A stretch of DNA of 64,000 bases, taken from positions 741 to 64,740 of the forward strand of contig CBDUGV010000003.1 in assembly GCA_965366815.1 (NCBI GenBank). Direction: 5' to 3'. This DNA is from an uncultured Bdellovibrionales bacterium (lineage in GTDB: Bacteria > Bdellovibrionota_C > UBA2361 > SZUA-149). This document shows, piece after piece, positions 26,323 to 36,764 of this stretch; the stretch's first letter is position 1; the number at the start of each line of letters is the position of its first letter. The notes beneath the pieces were generated by a model, which was not told where the DNA came from, made no database searches, and saw only the letters and a list, made by a program, of their open reading frames with translations. The translations under genes and the position numbers were made by a program.

Positions 26323-28692
26323 CTATTCGGCTGGGGGTATCTTGGCTCGTTTTAACGCTTCAATCAAGCTCGCCTTGCTGGGGATGGTCGAAAGCACCGT
26401 TGGTTTCTCAGGAGCTGACGCTGGAATTACTACATACAGTGGAACTCCGGTGCCACCATATCGTCGGAGCGCCCGGGTAATCTCATCGCTGCCTGAAGTC
26501 CAATCGGCGATAAGCGGTACAACTCCGTTCTCTTCCAATGCGGCAGCCACTTCCTTGGTCTCTAATATCAAATACTCATTGGCTTTGCAGGTAATACACC
26601 AATCTGCAGTAAAATCGATAAATACACTCTGCCCTTGTGCCAAAAGTTCTTCTAAGCGGCTATCGGAGTAGTTTTGCCAGGGAATGAGGCTATTGGTTTT
26701 CGCGCTTTGTTCACCCTGAACAGTCGGCTGTTGCACCGGGGTGATTATCTTCGGATAGAGCTTCAAAGCGGATACAAGCACTAATAGAAGCGTTACTACG
26801 GTGACAAGTGTTTTAGCTTTACCGGATTTCCAAGTTGCGAGCCAATCAAACAACCAGAAACAATATAAGACGATGAGGAGTAAAAGAACGCACCACATAC
26901 TTCCTTCCCCACTCAGGCTATGAAGTATGAATAGCAGCCAAACAACTGTAGCTAAGAGAAAGAATCCCATGAGCTGTCGTAGGCGATCCATCCAAGGTCC
27001 TGGTTTGGGTAATCGCTCGAGTAGTTTCGGATGCGTCGAGAGAAAATAGTAAGGAAGCGCAAGACCGTGGCCAATTGCCAAGAAGACCGCGATTGTCTGA
27101 AGTGCAGGTTGGGTAAAGGCAAAGACCAGCGCAGTGCCGAGGAAGGGAGCAGTGCATGGGGTCGACAGTGCCGTTGCGAGTACACCTTCAAAAAAATGTT
27201 TCGTGAGCGAAGGCTTCAACTCATCAACTGCCGTGCATGACTTTCCAATGAAGGGCAGCTGAAAGGTATAGAGATTGAAGAATCCCAGACTCAAACAAAA
27301 CAAAATCAATGTTAATCCCAATACGAATTCAGGATGTTGAAACTGAAATCCCCAACCGAGCTGAAAGCCAAACGATCGGAGGGTAACGACGCAAAGTGCC
27401 AATACGAGAAAGGTCGCGATGATACCACTTGAAAAGGCAAGTGCGTTTCTCCTAGCGTCGCGTAGGTCTTCACCACTGTGACCGACGAATCCCATTACCT
27501 TGATGCCGATAATTGGCAATACGCAGGGCATGAGATTGAGCAGCATTCCTCCGATAAATCCGAATACAAGCGCAATTAACATTCCGAGCAGACTACTCGC
27601 TGGCGTAGCGTTAATCGGGAGTTCAACCGCGGTCTTAGGCAGTTGAACGCGAAACGTCGCTTCTGTGAAAGGAGAGGCTGCAACCATCAGCGCTAGGACT
27701 TCGGGTGGAGCTTCTTCTGATGCACTCTGAGAAATATTGAGATCTATCTCCCAGGCGAGTGAAAGATCCTGAGGCGTCCTGGCAATGTCTGCGGAGAGTA
27801 CGGCAATGCCTTTGATTTTTTGATTCCCCTCTGCCGCAGTTGAGTCGATTTCAAGCAGCTGGGTTGCGACCGTAGGTATCGCTGCATCTTCTTGCTCCTG
27901 TTTCCCAGTACCGACTTGCACGATACCGGGAGTTATAAAATCCGGCAGTGGCTCGAGAAAAATTTGAATATGCTTGTACGGCTCTTCGAGTGGGGCAAGC
28001 CCCTGAAACTCGAGAGCCATAGTGAATTCAACTCCCGCTGGAACACTGTGCCGACTCGGCACAACCTCCAATCCGACTGTGGTATCGACGAGCTGTCGCC
28101 ACTTCGAGACGCTTGTTGGATGAAGCTTTGAATACTTAGAAAAAACTTCACTTTTGCGCGATGGAGTAGAGGGTGTATCCGTGAGTTGAATTTTGACTTG
28201 AGCTTTGGCTTCCCCAGGAATACAGATGTCTTTGCAGACGAGCCAACTTGTCGAGGCTTCTATTTCAATCGCATCTTCATCATAGGCCTCTGGTGCATGT
28301 GCGATGATCGAAGAGGAAAGAAGCACCTCTTTTTTATAGCCATAGGTAATAATGCCTCCTCGTTCAATGAATCGCTGAGGAGCCGGCCAGAGTAAGTCTC
28401 CAGTCGACCAGCCATTTGACACTCTCCAATGCACTTTTGTCGGGACGGCTGATTCCCCACTATTTTTCCAGTAGATATGCCAACCTGGTTGGATGTGAAA
28501 AAGAACACCGACTTGCGTCTCAATCTGTTGATCTGCCGAACCACGTTGCAGATTTTCATTGAGTGCAACCAGCTCAATTTCTACCGGGTGTTTCGGAACT
28601 GCGAGTTGGGCCTGCAGCAGGAGCGGGTTGAGCAACAGGAAAGCTGCGGGAACTAAAACTGTCCAGAGATATGTCAGAATAGATCGATTCAT
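26323..28692 (-). CDS. dsbD: Thiol:disulfide interchange protein DsbD (N-terminal periplasmic domain, membrane core, C-terminal thioredoxin).
   Basis: Membrane core with the paired Cys ([14 protein letters not shown]) and C-terminal thioredoxin CxxC ([14 protein letters not shown]). 789 aa. Confidence 0.8.
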   Translation of the reverse strand: MNRSILTYLWTVLVPAAFLLLNPLLLQAQLAVPKHPVEIELVALNENLQRGSADQQIETQVGVLFHIQPGWHIYWKNSGESAVPTKVHWRVSNGWSTGDLLWPAPQRFIERGGIITYGYKKEVLLSSSIIAHAPEAYDEDAIEIEASTSWLVCKDICIPGEAKAQVKIQLTDTPSTPSRKSEVFSKYSKLHPTSVSKWRQLVDTTVGLEVVPSRHSVPAGVEFTMALEFQGLAPLEEPYKHIQIFLEPLPDFITPGIVQVGTGKQEQEDAAIPTVATQLLEIDSTAAEGNQKIKGIAVLSADIARTPQDLSLAWEIDLNISQSASEEAPPEVLALMVAASPFTEATFRVQLPKTAVELPINATPASSLLGMLIALVFGFIGGMLLNLMPCVLPIIGIKVMGFVGHSGEDLRDARRNALAFSSGIIATFLVLALCVVTLRSFGFQLGWGFQFQHPEFVLGLTLILFCLSLGFFNLYTFQLPFIGKSCTAVDELKPSLTKHFFEGVLATALSTPCTAPFLGTALVFAFTQPALQTIAVFLAIGHGLALPYYFLSTHPKLLERLPKPGPWMDRLRQLMGFFLLATVVWLLFILHSLSGEGSMWCVLLLLIVLYCFWLFDWLATWKSGKAKTLVTVVTLLLVLVSALKLYPKIITPVQQPTVQGEQSAKTNSLIPWQNYSDSRLEELLAQGQSVFIDFTADWCITCKANEYLILETKEVAAALEENGVVPLIADWTSGSDEITRALRRYGGTGVPLYVVIPASAPEKPTVLSTIPSKASLIEALKRAKIPPAE

Positions 28693-28746
28693 ACGGTGTC
28701 ATTTGGCAACATTCAAAGAATAGTGACACTTTGGACGGTGCTGGCG

Positions 28747-29856
28747 CTAGAGTATTGCTAATTTCTTCTCCGGGGAAGCGGAATTTTGCACTCTGCCAGG
28801 CAAGAAATCAGTCGTGACCTCGACCTTTTTGCCGAGCAGATACAGCGCTGCGTCGGCAGTTGCTGCAAACGAGGTCGACATACCAAAACCGCCAAATGCG
28901 GCTAACCAGAACAGCCCCGACAGGTTCTGATCTTCGCCCCAGATAGGCAGTTGATCTTCTGTGTAGGTTCTAAAGCAGTGCCAGGAGCGTGCGAGCTTGG
29001 CTTTCTCTGCGGCACTCGGTAGCGAATCGAGCAGTTTCTCCGCTAGGTTTTCGCGAACATCGTTTTTCGGTACGAAGGAATCCAGACTATCGACAACGGT
29101 TCGGTCGCATATGGAGATCAGACGATTTTTTCTATCCCATTGGCGCACATACCAGCCATGGTGTTCCTCCCAAAAAAAGCCACATTCGGGAACAGGCATA
29201 TAGTCTTCCTCCCAGCCACTCATTAAAAAGAGGTGGCGAGCGTAAGGGCGTGTATCGACCTGAGAAGTCGGGCAATGCTCGTCGAGCGGCTCGTTTACCC
29301 AAGCACCAGCTGCATTTACAAGCCACGCTGTTGAAAAAGTCTCATTGGTTTCGCTGTGAACAATCCAGTCGTCGCCTTTCTTGCCTACTGTTTGAACCGT
29401 AGTCCTAAACTGAAAACGTACATACTCGCGGTCGCAAGCGGCAACCAGAGCATTGACATAGCCTGGAGAATCCAGAAGACCATCGGTTGCGGTATACACA
29501 GAGGGTAATACGAAAGATTTTCCCGCATTCATCAAACGAAAGCTGCGTTGCTCAAACAAACCTTCATGGTGCTGAGGGATCTCTCGCCCGACAATCATCG
29601 ATCCGCTTTGGCGAAAATAGGTATTGCGTATTTCCTCCGGCCAAAGCTCAATTGAACGACGGGTCCAGTCACTGAGCTGCGGGTGATGATACAGTTGACG
29701 TATCATCCCGGCATTCTTGCCCGAGGCGTGCGCTGCTGGGATCGGCTCACGTTCAAGCACCAGTACGCGCTGCCTGGCCTTGCCCAGATGATAGGCCAAG
29801 GAAACGCCGAGCACTCCGGCTCCGATAATTACTACGTCATATCTCATAGGGTTCAC
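28747..29856 (-). CDS. FAD-dependent oxidoreductase (DAO family, D-amino-acid dehydrogenase / glycine oxidase-like).
   Basis: N-terminal dinucleotide-binding motif YDVVIIGAGVLGVSLAYHL...VLVLERE and a DAO-type fold. Confidence 0.7.
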   Translation of the reverse strand: MNPMRYDVVIIGAGVLGVSLAYHLGKARQRVLVLEREPIPAAHASGKNAGMIRQLYHHPQLSDWTRRSIELWPEEIRNTYFRQSGSMIVGREIPQHHEGLFEQRSFRLMNAGKSFVLPSVYTATDGLLDSPGYVNALVAACDREYVRFQFRTTVQTVGKKGDDWIVHSETNETFSTAWLVNAAGAWVNEPLDEHCPTSQVDTRPYARHLFLMSGWEEDYMPVPECGFFWEEHHGWYVRQWDRKNRLISICDRTVVDSLDSFVPKNDVRENLAEKLLDSLPSAAEKAKLARSWHCFRTYTEDQLPIWGEDQNLSGLFWLAAFGGFGMSTSFAATADAALYLLGKKVEVTTDFLPGRVQNSASPEKKLAIL

Positions 29857-29971
29857 ATGCTATACCGAAGCAGAAGCGATAGCACAAAATTTCCCCTTGA
29901 CCGACTAGGAAACTTCCCCAATACTCGCTTTGAAAAGCTTTATTGATTTCAAGGGGTTGGCTTTAAGTAAA

Positions 29972-30346
29972 ATGAACTTACGAAGCTCTATCTTCCTTTT
30001 TCTTCTGTGTTCTTTGATTGTTTCGCCCACATCTGTGGTCGCTCAGTCAGATGCATCGTCAAACCAGCAAGCTGCAAACAGTTGTGTCTGTGACTGTGTG
30101 TATTTGCAAAACAGCAATATCAGAAATCATCGCTACTATTCGGCTGGTACAAACGGTAGTTGTCAGGTCATCGAAGGAAAAGCCTGTATTGGTGAGTTGC
30201 GCGGAGAGAATTTTCGCGGACAAGTCAAAAATTGTTTAGCCGGTCCGACCCAAATCAGTACGCCGTTCTCATCTTGGTTTCATGTTCGTCAAATAGCTGC
30301 TCTTGGCAATGTAGATGCTGTTGCTAAGAAACTTGCAACTCACTAA
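29972..30346 (+). CDS. Small secreted Cys-containing hypothetical protein.
   Basis: Signal peptide (MNLRSSIFLFLLCSLIVSPTSVVAQS), several Cys, no known domain. Confidence 0.4.
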   Translation: MNLRSSIFLFLLCSLIVSPTSVVAQSDASSNQQAANSCVCDCVYLQNSNIRNHRYYSAGTNGSCQVIEGKACIGELRGENFRGQVKNCLAGPTQISTPFSSWFHVRQIAALGNVDAVAKKLATH

Positions 30347-30362
30347 AACCACTGAGGCTCGA

Positions 30363-31946
30363 TCAGTAGCCGTCGGAAATCGCCGCACACGGTAACCGCT
30401 TTCGTTTGCTTATTCCAGTTAACCAATTCGGCTTGTCGAACAGTATCAATTCTAATTCATCTGGGTGCTCTACGGTTTCACAAACTGTGGCAAATACTTT
30501 CTTGAACACTCGCTCGGCATGGTAGGGGGGGCTTTCGAATACCGAAAATGACCAGCGAAGAATGTGGACAATTTCTCTGCCGTCAAGGGACTGTATTGAA
30601 CCTTGCACTTCTTTAGGAAGCTCCTGCTTTATTCTATCACTCTTTAGTTCTATCTCAGCCTCTCGTGTCGTCCAGGAGTAGAGCGCATGAGAAAAGAAAT
30701 CATCCCAGTTGGTAAAGAAGTTGAGCAGCGGTGCCACGAAAAACAGCAGTGCCAAGAACGCATGTACTAATCCCTTGTTCAAAAGGATCGCGCGAGGACC
30801 TAGATCTCTCACCTTCCAAAATACCAGCCATAGCAAAACGATGTGAACGACATTCCAGGACCAAACGCTGTGGTTCCAATTGAGTCCAAACGGGCCAAAT
30901 ACCAATAATATTGCCAGATGCATACCGGTGAGGAGAATGACACCGAGCTTTCTCGTCCTCGTAAATAGCAGGCAGAGCGCACCACCGCTTTCAACCACCG
31001 GACTCAGGAAGGCACTCGCATATACAAACGCTTTTATGTCCGCCGAGAGGCTCGCGACAAAGGGCTCAACCATCCAGGGAAAGCCAACAAACAGATATTT
31101 TGCACTTATCTTGTGGAGTCCACTCCAAAACCAGATTCCGATCAAGATAATTCCAAGCGTGTTGAGCAGAACGCGTTCCTTCTCTCGGAGTTCCTCCGGA
31201 GAACGCTGCTCATTCCAAGGGAAGAACCCCATAGCGAACAGCATTAACGCGAATTCAACATAGTAGGGCATCAAACGCGACTGATCGAAGAGGCTATAGC
31301 TCGTTACGAGCGCAACGAAAATCGCGATCTGTTTTCTCGGATCTGGCAAAGCGGCTATCAGCAACAATGCAAGGATCAGAATAGTGAAGATCAGATAATC
31401 AATTGGGAAAGGGATTTGTGGCAAACTATCGTGAACGGGAATAAGGGGGTAGAAACGCGAGTGCTGGGAGAACCAAAGGTTTCTCGTAATAGGCATAGGT
31501 ATCAGAAAGCCCAAGACGACAGCGATCTTACACCAATAGAGCCGTTGGTAGGGACCAAACAGCACCATCCGGTTAATGGCAAAGAGTGGATAGATGCACA
31601 CTGCAATCCAGATAAACGGAGGGAGTTGTAGAATGCGCGCAAATGGAGCGAGTTTCGAGTTGGATTCAAGCAACCGCAAAACCGCTGGGGCTCCTTTTGT
31701 TATAGTGCCATCTTTTCCAACGAGGTGGATGGCGCCTTCGGCCGCCTCTCGCGATACCGCTTCTGGTAACTGAGCATTTCGAAAGTCGAGAAACGACGCT
31801 TCGCTCTCTGTCTCCACCTTAGCGACAAAGGCACGACACATCGGACAGTCTCCATCATAGAAGACTTCTTCTTCTCCTTCTTGATTGCTTTTATCTTCGT
31901 CGTTCTCGGACATATGGGGAATCGAGCGTAGGCTATGCTTGGTCAA
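30363..31946 (-). CDS. DCC-family thiol-disulfide oxidoreductase (DUF393) domain fused to a large polytopic membrane domain (possibly HTTM / gamma-carboxylase-like).
   Basis: N-terminal VFYDGDCPMCRAFVAKV matches the DUF393 YDGxCxLC motif. It is followed by about 400 aa of hydrophobic segments. Confidence 0.55.
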   Translation of the reverse strand: MTKHSLRSIPHMSENDEDKSNQEGEEEVFYDGDCPMCRAFVAKVETESEASFLDFRNAQLPEAVSREAAEGAIHLVGKDGTITKGAPAVLRLLESNSKLAPFARILQLPPFIWIAVCIYPLFAINRMVLFGPYQRLYWCKIAVVLGFLIPMPITRNLWFSQHSRFYPLIPVHDSLPQIPFPIDYLIFTILILALLLIAALPDPRKQIAIFVALVTSYSLFDQSRLMPYYVEFALMLFAMGFFPWNEQRSPEELREKERVLLNTLGIILIGIWFWSGLHKISAKYLFVGFPWMVEPFVASLSADIKAFVYASAFLSPVVESGGALCLLFTRTRKLGVILLTGMHLAILLVFGPFGLNWNHSVWSWNVVHIVLLWLVFWKVRDLGPRAILLNKGLVHAFLALLFFVAPLLNFFTNWDDFFSHALYSWTTREAEIELKSDRIKQELPKEVQGSIQSLDGREIVHILRWSFSVFESPPYHAERVFKKVFATVCETVEHPDELELILFDKPNWLTGISKRKRLPCAAISDGY

Positions 31947-32379
31947 TCGAAACGTGGCCAGCGACGCTAGAGTCTGTAGCGCTCGAATCGCTTGAAATCT
32001 GGTCTGCTGGAACCTTACTTGGCCTCGTCCAAATAAAAATGAGTACCAATGTAATTGTAATAATAACGAGAGATTTTAGCACCCAGGAAAAGTGCAGGAG
32101 AAAAATGGGGTAGCTCGCTAACAGGAGCATCATCGCAGTGGAGAGCCGTTTCGCTTTGAGCTGAATAACACCATGTAGCTCCCAGTCTTGGATAATTGGC
32201 CCAACCTTTGGTCGACTGAGCAGCCAAGAGTGCAAGCGATGAGAGCTCTTAGAGAAACAATACGCAGCCAATAAAAGAAATGGCACTGTCGGCAACAGCG
32301 GGACAAAGGCTCCAACGAATCCCAGCACTACGCAGAGGCACCCAGTACCTAGAAAAAATAGGCGTTTGATTTGAGTCAT
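31933..32379 (-). CDS. YbaN/DUF454-family small inner-membrane protein.
   Basis: MTQIKRLFFLGTGCLCVVLGFVGAFVPLLPTVPFLLLAAYCFSKSSHRLHSWL is the DUF454 signature. The ATG at 32379 is more likely than the track TTG at 32451. Its 3' end overlaps the downstream gene start by 14 nt. Confidence 0.6.
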   Translation of the reverse strand: MTQIKRLFFLGTGCLCVVLGFVGAFVPLLPTVPFLLLAAYCFSKSSHRLHSWLLSRPKVGPIIQDWELHGVIQLKAKRLSTAMMLLLASYPIFLLHFSWVLKSLVIITITLVLIFIWTRPSKVPADQISSDSSATDSSVAGHVSIDQA

Positions 32380-32508
32380 TATCTGTTCGAACCGGCTCGA
32401 TATAGCCCTGACTGACTTATATCGGTACTCCACTGATACACGGATTATCACAAAAAATACAAATTATCGCGTAGGAAGCTATCCAATTCTTGGGAACCGG
32501 ACGATATA

Positions 32509-32528
32509 CCTACGTGAATACACGTAGG
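32509..32528. promoter_or_regulatory. 20-bp perfect palindrome in the divergent intergenic region between the ybaN-like gene and the metzincin gene.
   Basis: CCTACGTG aata CACGTAGG. Confidence 0.35.
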
Positions 32529-32595
32529 CATTAGTTTTGCATTGTCTATTGAGTAGCAATTGCACTTTTCATCAATCGCTTCGCGTAAATAGCTC

Positions 32596-35500
32596 ATGAT
32601 TCGTAGACCTGCCCTTTGTTTCCTCTCCAGCGTCCTGCTCGCGTTCTACGCGTTTGTGCCGGTCGTATTGGCCGATGAGCACGCGCATCATTTGCATTCA
32701 GACCAAGAGGCATCAACTGCTGATATAGATGCCTGCCGAATTGTCCACGAAGAGAAGGGTGCGATATTGGCCGAACTCTCTCCCCCAATCGATGTCAATG
32801 CTGAGCCAGATGTCGAGCCGAGGGGTGCCGTTGTGTCGCTTGCGGTAGCGTCGGCGGGGGGTGCATTCGCTTTGCACAGCAATCCAACCGCCACGAAGAA
32901 GATCTTCTTAGACTTTGATGGGCACGTGGTTTCCGGAACTATCTGGAATTCACGAAATGGTGGCAATGACATTCATGCCCCTGCATTTAGTACAGATACA
33001 GACATTACCACTTTTTCAGCGTCTGAACTTGCGCGGATAGAAGAAATTTGGCGGCGAGTGTCTGAGGACTTTGCTCCATTTGACGTTGATGTAACTACTG
33101 AGGATCCAGGAGTTGCTGCATTTACCGCAGGGCGTCAGGCGCTTCGAGTGATGATAAGTACTGATGTTGACGAAGCGTCAATTGGAGGCACCGGTAATCG
33201 CTGGTACAGCGGTGCTGGAGGTGTCGCGTACTACAACTCATGGGACTGGACAAGTGATACGCCAGTTTGGGTGTTTGAAAACAATCTCGGCAACGGCAAT
33301 GAAAAATATACGGCTGAGGCCTCCTCTCATGAAATTGGGCATGCGCTCGGTTTGAGTCATGACGGAGATTCAGCGGTAGATTACTACAGAGGTCACGGGT
33401 CAGGTGCGACTGGTTGGGCGCCAATCATGGGCGTCGGATACTACAGAGCCTTATCTCAATGGAGTAAAGGTGAATATTTTGAGGCCGACAATACTCAAGA
33501 CGATCTCGCTATTATAACTACTCGGTTGCCCTATCGAACCGATGATCACGGTGACACGAATGGGACAGCCACCACTATTGTGCCAACGGGTACGAGTATA
33601 GCCGCGAATGGCGTTGTTACTACACCGACAGATGTTGACGTCTATGCGTTCACCACTGGTGCTGGTCTCGTATCAATCGCCATTGATCCGTATGACGCCT
33701 CCGATGGAAAAGCTAACCTCGATATTGAAGCGAAGCTCTACACCTCTGGTGGCGGCCTTGTGGTGACGAGCAATCCGGCAGATTCGCTCAATGCATCGAT
33801 TTCTGAGACGCTCGCGGCTGGGACCTATTACCTCCACATTGATGGCGTGGGAAAAGGCAATTTGACTACAGGGTATAGTGATTACGGAAGTCTTGGAGCC
33901 TATACTATCTCTGGCAGTGTACAGTTAGGCGGTGGTGGCGGTGATACAATTCCTCCAACGGCGGCAATTGGCAGTCATCCAGACGTCACAGTAGCTGCTG
34001 GGACGAGCTACGATTTTACAGTTCAGTTCTCTGACAATACTGCGATCAATGTCTCTACGCTGACGACGGGAGACACCCTTGTCACTGGTCCGAACTCATA
34101 CTCAACGACAGCAAGTTTTGTTGGGGTCAACAACAACAGCAATGGAACCCCAAGGACGGCAACCTATAGAATCACGCCACCGGGGGGGGCGTGGAGTGCA
34201 TCAGATAACGGCACTTATACAATTTCATTGGCAAGCAACCAGGTGCTCGATACTTCTGCCAACACGGCGCTGAGCGGTACTCTTGCGACGTTTAGTGTTT
34301 CGGTGGTCGACGACGCTGATAGCGATGGTGTTCCGGATGCGACAGATAACTGTCCAACGACGCCAAATGCCGGCCAAGAAAATTTCGATGGAGATGGGCA
34401 GGGCGATGCCTGCGACCCGAACGACGATAACGACAGCGTGAACGATTCTGGCGACTGCGCTCGCCTCGATGCTTCCCGATGGCGCAACCGTGCATACCCA
34501 GATACTGACAGAGACGGAGTGCGAGAATCCGCCACTCTCAAAACAGTTGCCTGTTATGGAACCACTCCACCGAGTGGGTATACCACTGCGGAGAATGGTC
34601 CGGACAATTGCCCGACGATTGCAAATGCCGGGCAGGAGAATTTCGATCTCGATGGTCAAGGGGATGCCTGTGACGCCGACGATGACAATGATGGCTTGGC
34701 GGATACTTCAGAGAACGAGTCTTCTTGCCCATTCCGTCTCGACCCTGATTCTGACGATGATGGCCAAACAGATGGTACTGATCCGAATCCCTGTGTGGCC
34801 GACGAGGAACCTGAACTCGGTAAGCGATTTTGTTCGGAATGGAACGGATTCTTAGGCGACACTCTTACTGGAGCGGGAATGTTTAACGTTATGGAAGTAC
34901 AGCGCAAGGGGGTCGGATCAGGTGCGAGGTCTACTCCAGTCAATGTGTTGGTAACGCTTTTCGAGCAAAACGGGACATCGCGAGAGAAAATTGGGTTTGC
35001 CCTTGCTCCCGGAGAGAAACGCGATGTGCTGGTTCACGATATGGACGGATTCACGCCGCTCAGTATTGGGTTGGTTTGCGTGGAACATGACGGTCCAGCG
35101 GGCGAGATAGACGGAGCGATGATCCACTACAATCAGCGTCGTGGTTCCTATGATTTTTCTATCGCAAGCGCCTTCTCTGCAGGGCTATTGGGAAGACAAG
35201 CAGTTCCCTATAACACCTATCACCCAGGACTGGCTGCGCGCCTTGAAGACAATGATCCAGACGATATCGGACAGCCCGTGCTGCCGGACCGGGTCGCGAA
35301 CTGGTTACAGATCTCTTATCCGCCAAAATCTGGTGATAGCAGAAGATTTCACGCAACTCTCACCTTGCATGATATGCGCGGAAACGTCATGCGGGATGAA
35401 AACGACCAAGAAGCTCGATTTATCATCGACATGGCTCCCGGTGAGCGAGTAGATTTTTCTGCACATGCCTACGGCCACTCTCGAGTGGGGATGGCGGTGT

Positions 35501-36273
35501 TAGAACCACAATTCGACTCTGTTGATATTCGAGTGGTGTTTGGAAACAATCGTTACTTCTATCGCAAGAACTTGGCAGTAAGTACTTTTGATACGGCATT
35601 TCGAGTCGAGTCGCTCAAAGGAACTGAAACTGTCACCATCGCTTCGCTTGATACCCGGGCGGGCGCTTCGGCTATTGTCGAAGTGTTAAATCCGAATGAC
35701 ACGAGCGCTGCTGCGCTGGTGCAAGTTTTTTCCGAAAATGGTGAGTTTAGAGGCCAAGTGGAGCTGAGCGAGGGCGATCTGCCGCCACGTGCGAGTTTCC
35801 ACGTTATAACTGATACCATTCTTGGGCAAAACCAACGGGGAGTCGCGATTATCACCCCCTTAGTCGGGTCTATCGCAGCGGTTGAGATGGAGTATCATCG
35901 AGACAACCGTGGAGTACTTGAGTTTGCTGCGGCGACACCAGCGGTGAGTCCTGTGGGCGTGGTAGTCGGTGCTGGCTACAATACTTGGCTCGGACAGGTG
36001 GCAGAAGTCATTGTTATGAATCCGTCAACGACTGCGCGGAATGCCAGCTTTGATGTGCTTGGCCAGAGCGGAGAGGTCCTTTTTGGCGGTCTGCCGCTAT
36101 CGGTACCGGCGTCTGGTCATGCAGTGATTCGAATCAATGATTATGTAGCTGCCAATCTCTATGGACAGATACTCGTCCATGTTCCTACCAATGGAAGCTC
36201 TCAACCAACACTGGCTGCAAGAATGCGTCGGGTGGCGGATGGTGCTTGGGTGCTCTCCTTGCCCGTGCGCTAG
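32596..36273 (+). CDS. Large secreted zinc metalloprotease (metzincin): PPC-like domain, two thrombospondin type 3 Ca-binding repeat blocks, and a roughly 450-aa C-terminal domain of unknown function.
   Basis: Signal peptide, HEIGHALGLSHDGD (HExxHxxGxxH), the pre-peptidase C-terminal-like segment (TPTDVDVYAFTTGAGLVSIAIDP...YYLHIDG), and TSP3 repeats (DSDGVPDATDNCPTTPNAGQENFDGDGQGDACDPNDDND and DNCPTIANAGQENFDLDGQGDACDADDDNDGLAD). Confidence 0.75.
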   Translation: MIRRPALCFLSSVLLAFYAFVPVVLADEHAHHLHSDQEASTADIDACRIVHEEKGAILAELSPPIDVNAEPDVEPRGAVVSLAVASAGGAFALHSNPTATKKIFLDFDGHVVSGTIWNSRNGGNDIHAPAFSTDTDITTFSASELARIEEIWRRVSEDFAPFDVDVTTEDPGVAAFTAGRQALRVMISTDVDEASIGGTGNRWYSGAGGVAYYNSWDWTSDTPVWVFENNLGNGNEKYTAEASSHEIGHALGLSHDGDSAVDYYRGHGSGATGWAPIMGVGYYRALSQWSKGEYFEADNTQDDLAIITTRLPYRTDDHGDTNGTATTIVPTGTSIAANGVVTTPTDVDVYAFTTGAGLVSIAIDPYDASDGKANLDIEAKLYTSGGGLVVTSNPADSLNASISETLAAGTYYLHIDGVGKGNLTTGYSDYGSLGAYTISGSVQLGGGGGDTIPPTAAIGSHPDVTVAAGTSYDFTVQFSDNTAINVSTLTTGDTLVTGPNSYSTTASFVGVNNNSNGTPRTATYRITPPGGAWSASDNGTYTISLASNQVLDTSANTALSGTLATFSVSVVDDADSDGVPDATDNCPTTPNAGQENFDGDGQGDACDPNDDNDSVNDSGDCARLDASRWRNRAYPDTDRDGVRESATLKTVACYGTTPPSGYTTAENGPDNCPTIANAGQENFDLDGQGDACDADDDNDGLADTSENESSCPFRLDPDSDDDGQTDGTDPNPCVADEEPELGKRFCSEWNGFLGDTLTGAGMFNVMEVQRKGVGSGARSTPVNVLVTLFEQNGTSREKIGFALAPGEKRDVLVHDMDGFTPLSIGLVCVEHDGPAGEIDGAMIHYNQRRGSYDFSIASAFSAGLLGRQAVPYNTYHPGLAARLEDNDPDDIGQPVLPDRVANWLQISYPPKSGDSRRFHATLTLHDMRGNVMRDENDQEARFIIDMAPGERVDFSAHAYGHSRVGMAVLEPQFDSVDIRVVFGNNRYFYRKNLAVSTFDTAFRVESLKGTETVTIASLDTRAGASAIVEVLNPNDTSAAALVQVFSENGEFRGQVELSEGDLPPRASFHVITDTILGQNQRGVAIITPLVGSIAAVEMEYHRDNRGVLEFAAATPAVSPVGVVVGAGYNTWLGQVAEVIVMNPSTTARNASFDVLGQSGEVLFGGLPLSVPASGHAVIRINDYVAANLYGQILVHVPTNGSSQPTLAARMRRVADGAWVLSLPVR

Positions 36274-36324
36274 CGGTGAGATAGATTCGAAAGCAAAACG
36301 AACTTTGGTTACCTCCATACACTA

Positions 36325-36699
36325 ATGCTAGGCAAAATTCTTCTTCGTGGACTAAGACGGCGCTGCCCCCATTGCGGACAGGGGCGTTTGTTCGTGAAGC
36401 GACTTGAGTTGTATGAGCGTTGTGCTGTTTGTGGTATTCGCTTCGAGTTCAAACGAGGTGACACTTGGGGTTTTTGGATTCTGCTCGATCGTTTGTTGAT
36501 CGGCGTTCCGATTTTGATTTTCTTTATCAGCCTGATGCCCCCAGGTTCGAAAGTGTTCTACTACTGGGCAGCAGCTATTGTCGTCGTTGTCTTAGGTACG
36601 GCACAGCATCGATATGGCCTTTGTGTCGCTCTCGATTACTTTTCCCGGCGGCGTGCAGCCGATCCGAATGATCAGTTCCCAGAGCTAGGGGAGAACTAG
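36325..36699 (+). CDS. DUF983-family zinc-ribbon membrane protein.
   Basis: CPHCGQGRLF...CAVCG zinc ribbon followed by two TM segments. Confidence 0.55.
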   Translation: MLGKILLRGLRRRCPHCGQGRLFVKRLELYERCAVCGIRFEFKRGDTWGFWILLDRLLIGVPILIFFISLMPPGSKVFYYWAAAIVVVVLGTAQHRYGLCVALDYFSRRRAADPNDQFPELGEN

Positions 36700-36764
36700 C
36701 CTAGAGGAGAACTAGCTTAGAGGTGGACTAGTCTAAGAATCCAGGAGTATAGGGATGGGACGGC

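Noticed and set aside
32491-32500. TGGGAACC upstream of the metzincin as a possible sigma54 -24 element or ECF -35.
   Set aside because: No properly spaced GC -12 element (TTGCW) or ECF -10 (TCTRA/CGTT) follows at the correct distance.
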